A DNA stretch of 64,000 nucleotides, from assembly GCA_049999805.1 (NCBI GenBank), contig JBNGIO010006164.1, forward strand, positions 27,769 through 91,768, given 5' to 3'. Below the pieces are notes generated by a model. It made no database searches. It worked only from the letters and a program-made list of their open reading frames with translations, and had not been told where the DNA came from. Source of the stretch: Folioceros fuciformis. Lineage: Eukaryota. Position 1 is the first letter of the stretch. Each line of letters starts with the position of its first letter. Of the stretch, positions 60,520 to 64,000 are shown in pieces. A program made the translations under genes and the position numbers.

Positions 60520-61440
60520 GAGGGCAGAAACTGAAGAGTCCGGTCAAAAAGGCGTCACTTCCGTGATTGCTGGTTTGCAGCTCGGCTTTCTAAGGTTTGC
60601 TTCACGGGTTTCCCTCATTCACACTGCAGCAAGTTTACATAGCGGCGGCTTCAGACATATCATCGCTTGTCCAGTACTCGAGTTATTTTTTCCCCTCAAT
60701 GTGAGGACAACCTGCGATGCCGAGCTGTGTAATCTCAGAAGAGCCTGTCTCAAAGTTCCCATCATCGAAGACCTGACAGCGTGTGAATATTGTGGTGGAT
60801 GCTGGGAATCTGGTATTCCTACTTCTGAAACAATAAGGGCTGGAAGCGTGCAACTCGTCAGCAAGTGCAGCCTGTGGGTCATTGATGTTGCGACGTGCCT
60901 CTCTTGAAGTTGCAGACCGGCGTCAGGGTCATGCTTCAAGTGTTGGAAATCACCGACTCCAAGGTAGTGTGGTCAAGGCTGAACGGCAACATATCTCAGG
61001 TAGTTCAGCTTATGGAATCTCAACCTGGGGATTCCCGGAAGTCGGCGAAGACTGGATCATCAACCTGAGGCCATGGCAATGGTCCCAGCTCTACCTTCTA
61101 TCTTCGGGCTTCGGCGGCCGAAACCAGAAATAGAACATCGGACAGGCCGAAGCCCAGAGATGAAAGGACACGCCAAACTCTTCGACCTCTGATTTATCAG
61201 ATGGCGCGTTTCCAGGGATGTTTCTCTTTTTCCTATCGTGGTACCAAGGTTGGTACCGTGGATGGCTTCCCCTTGATGCAACTTTGATAAATGGTCGGAT
61301 GGAACGGTGGACTGGGCCAAACTGACCGTGCATGGTTTATTATCCAGCCAGCTATCCAATACCGAAAGTCATGAAGTTTATTTCAGGTGTGTAGGAAATA
61401 CACCATTCAAATTAAATCCCTAGCGACGGAGTGTGCTATC
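60520..61440 (+). pseudogene. Decayed tandem duplicate of the 3' two-thirds of the F-box/LRR gene
   Basis: Colinear similarity to ~59590-60490 (e.g. ctcggctttc..aggttt, tgcaactcgtcagcaagtgca, ggaaatcaccgactcca, cccagctctaccttct); frameshifted, lacks the F-box. Confidence 0.85.
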
Positions 61441-61611
61441 CTGGCTGGAGGGAGCCTGTCCCCCTCTTCAGTACCAAAAAGAAATTTAACTCACCACAGA
61501 CGTGACCAGTAGAACCCCAGTATGTGTGGCCACATAAATTTGCCTACCTATTTTAAACGTTACAATCTTCAATCCTACATAATTACTACAAGGATTTGGT
61601 TGCCCGGAGCA

Positions 61612-62928
61612 CTACAAGGGTGCGAGAGCGTTTATTCCTACCTCCTGGAACACATATAGCTGACCTTGCCCACCTCTATTTACTCGCAAGCTGTCATCTA
61701 CATACAACAGTTCCCACTGTGCGCTCTGCTGCAGCTCCCTCGGCAGAGCTATCCTAACCGGCGGCCATCCGGGTAGCGCATTTCCTAAGATCTCAGTGGG
61801 AACAATTTCGCACTGCTGGAAAGAAACCACAGACTCCCGGCCATCCTGCAGTGCCTCCCACCTGCCCTGGATTGCCACCCTCACCACACCTAGCGGGCCG
61901 AGGCTCACTTCCGCGGAGTTGAGGACCGAAGAAGAGGAGGAAGAGGGGGACGAGGACACCATCTGCCGAATGTTCCGCACCTCCACCCCGGCAATGCGCG
62001 GCACATCCTGCTGATCCCGGGCTACCTCAGCCTCGGAAACATATATGAGAAGCCAGTCCCCGGCCACATCCGAGCCCGCCCGGCCGCCATCCCCGAGCTC
62101 TGCCAGCTGCTGCACCAAGTCCCGGATCTGCTTCCTGACCCTAGCCCCCGGCCGCTCTGCGGGCCTTAGGGCCATGTCCCCGAGCGACTCCACCAGATTA
62201 ACCACATCCGCCTTGATTGCGATCCGCTGCAGCTCTCGCCTCACCAGCTCCGCCTTTGCAGCCGCCTCCAGACTTAGAGCCTCCGCGGCAGCTTCCCTAC
62301 CGCGCTCACCGTCCCGCTGCCTTCTCCGCATCTCGAAAGCCATGGGAATGGCCACCAGGGGCGTGAACACGAACCATCTCTCCCCGAGCGCCACCAGCGC
62401 CGAGAGTTCGTAGGCTGCGAACTGCTCGGCCGCGGCGGCTCCTGCCTCCACAAGACCCTCGGCCGTCTGGAAGAAATGGAAGGGGTTGAAGTCCAGCACC
62501 GAATTGGCCAAGTTCCGCAGGCGCCCAAACGCCTCCCGCCTCCATTCCTCTTGCAGCTCCTGGTCACCGCTGATGAACGCCTTCAGGTCCTTTTCAAGGA
62601 GCTCGGGACTCACCACCGTCTGGCCGCTCACCACCGTGGTGAACACCTTGTCCACCACCTTGAGCACAGAGTTTCCGCTCCCCGTCGACATCACCACCTC
62701 CGCCTGCCGGTACGGCATCGGGATCGGCCCCGCCTCCGCCGTTCCGCACGGGCAGGCTACAAGGTAGGCAGCCAGCGCCGCGCTCGCCATCGCCTTGCGC
62801 GACATAGCAGGCAGAAACGAGAGCGCGGCCGGTGCCGGCCGGGCAGGCGCCGGGGAGGCTGCCGCGTCGACGGCCTCTCCCCTGACACTGCAATGCGGCG
62901 GCGCCAAGCACCGGGCCGCCATCGCCAT
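61612..62928 (-). CDS. Plastid-targeted protein with C-terminal PAP/fibrillin domain
   Basis: Ala-rich transit-like N-terminus; IRDLVQQLAEL, VAGDWLLIYVS, and C-terminal LLYVDDSLRVNRGGQGQLYVF fibrillin signature; GC-rich, intronless. Confidence 0.75.
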   Translation of the reverse strand: MAMAARCLAPPHCSVRGEAVDAAASPAPARPAPAALSFLPAMSRKAMASAALAAYLVACPCGTAEAGPIPMPYRQAEVVMSTGSGNSVLKVVDKVFTTVVSGQTVVSPELLEKDLKAFISGDQELQEEWRREAFGRLRNLANSVLDFNPFHFFQTAEGLVEAGAAAAEQFAAYELSALVALGERWFVFTPLVAIPMAFEMRRRQRDGERGREAAAEALSLEAAAKAELVRRELQRIAIKADVVNLVESLGDMALRPAERPGARVRKQIRDLVQQLAELGDGGRAGSDVAGDWLLIYVSEAEVARDQQDVPRIAGVEVRNIRQMVSSSPSSSSSSVLNSAEVSLGPLGVVRVAIQGRWEALQDGRESVVSFQQCEIVPTEILGNALPGWPPVRIALPRELQQSAQWELLYVDDSLRVNRGGQGQLYVFQEVGINALAPL

Positions 62929-64000
62929 GATTCCTCGTCACAATTCGCTGCTGCTGTTGCTTCTCCCTCCTTGTTGGGGTCGCGTCGCCAGGTCCGTAAA
63001 GGACGCTCGTCGCACGACCAACCAACCCCGCCATCATCACCCCAAGCAAGCCAGGCCACGAAAACGCGTCCCAGCAACGTGGTGATCAACGGACCGCCAG
63101 CTCTTTACCGGCAATTAGCCGGTCGGCACTGTCACCTCGTACCGGTCTCGGTAGAATTGTCGACGCACCGTCTCCCAGCCGCTGTGCAGTGTGAACCCAC
63201 TCTTTTGAACCTGATCACATTTTCATAAGTGGTTGCAAGTGATCTTTCAAGAGTAAACTACACTGGAGTTTAAGTTACTGTAGGAAAACAATACCCTAAT
63301 ATATGAAATCATATTATATGACGTGATTTCATCTATTCTTATAATGAATGTCTTTGCATGTACAACTTATATCTCTTTGATCAAACTCTATTGAGAGTTT
63401 ACTAAATGTGGTGTCTCGTGTATGGCATTACACAAAAATTCCACATAGTTTAGGCTTTCATTGCATTGTAATAACTTGATAAATTTTCCATAAGTACCAA
63501 AGTAGTACATAATGATAAATAGGTTGAAAATTTTCAACCAAATTTGAATGGACTAAGAGATCATCTACGTCTCGAAAGCATTACAATGATTAGGGTTTAG
63601 GGTAATGTAGCTTGTGCCATTTGATTTTTATTTGCAGTTTATTGGAATAAAGTCTTACTGGTAGACATAATGAAGAGGATCAGGATAGGTTATTTTCCAT
63701 CTCCCTCATAAGAAGACCTATTTGAAATGAAATACAAAAGAGGGCAAGTCTTTGTGCCCTTTGCTATTACAATGTATGGGACCATAGGGCAAAGCCTTTT
63801 CTAAATTTCTTAAGGCATGTGTAAGAGTACTATATCTAAAGAATTCAGAGGGATTGGCATGCATGGATTGTGTCCATTGGGACGTCCTCTAACAAGGTAG
63901 TACCATATTTGGAGGGGTGGGATTGACAGCCAATCCCTCTCCTCTTGCAGGCATTGTAGCCAATCCTTAGCAGCCAATCCTTCTTCCTCTAATCCCTCTT

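Noticed and set aside
63847-63940. 12-bp inverted repeat agagggattggc / gccaatccctct
   Set aside because: Too short and at the window edge to support a MITE or miRNA call.

Overview
Gene-dense land-plant nuclear DNA with short GT-AG introns. It is most likely a hornwort (inference): it has a DYW:KP/'GRP'-type PPR editing factor, a centriolar SAS-4/CENP-J gene implying flagellated sperm, and compact introns. Apparently intact genes are FEY-like SDR, PCNA, SAS-4/CENP-J, NDUFA9, a P-class PPR, MAP1D, TRAP-beta, a PLS-DYW:KP PPR, an F-box/LRR protein and a fibrillin-domain protein. Three intronless genes sit in AT-rich islands: OTU protease, DUF26/Gnk2 and bulb-lectin-like. Decayed local duplicates exist for PCNA, the F-box gene and the PPR (twice). 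A ~21 kb nested transposon block (~34.8-55.6 kb) holds LINEs, a probable LTR-element 3' region and a foldback element. The most notable feature is a degenerate Gypsy-like retroelement whose polyprotein runs gag - zinc knuckle - aspartic protease - C5 DNA cytosine methyltransferase (motifs I, IV and VI read directly). Exon boundaries were read by eye and are approximate.
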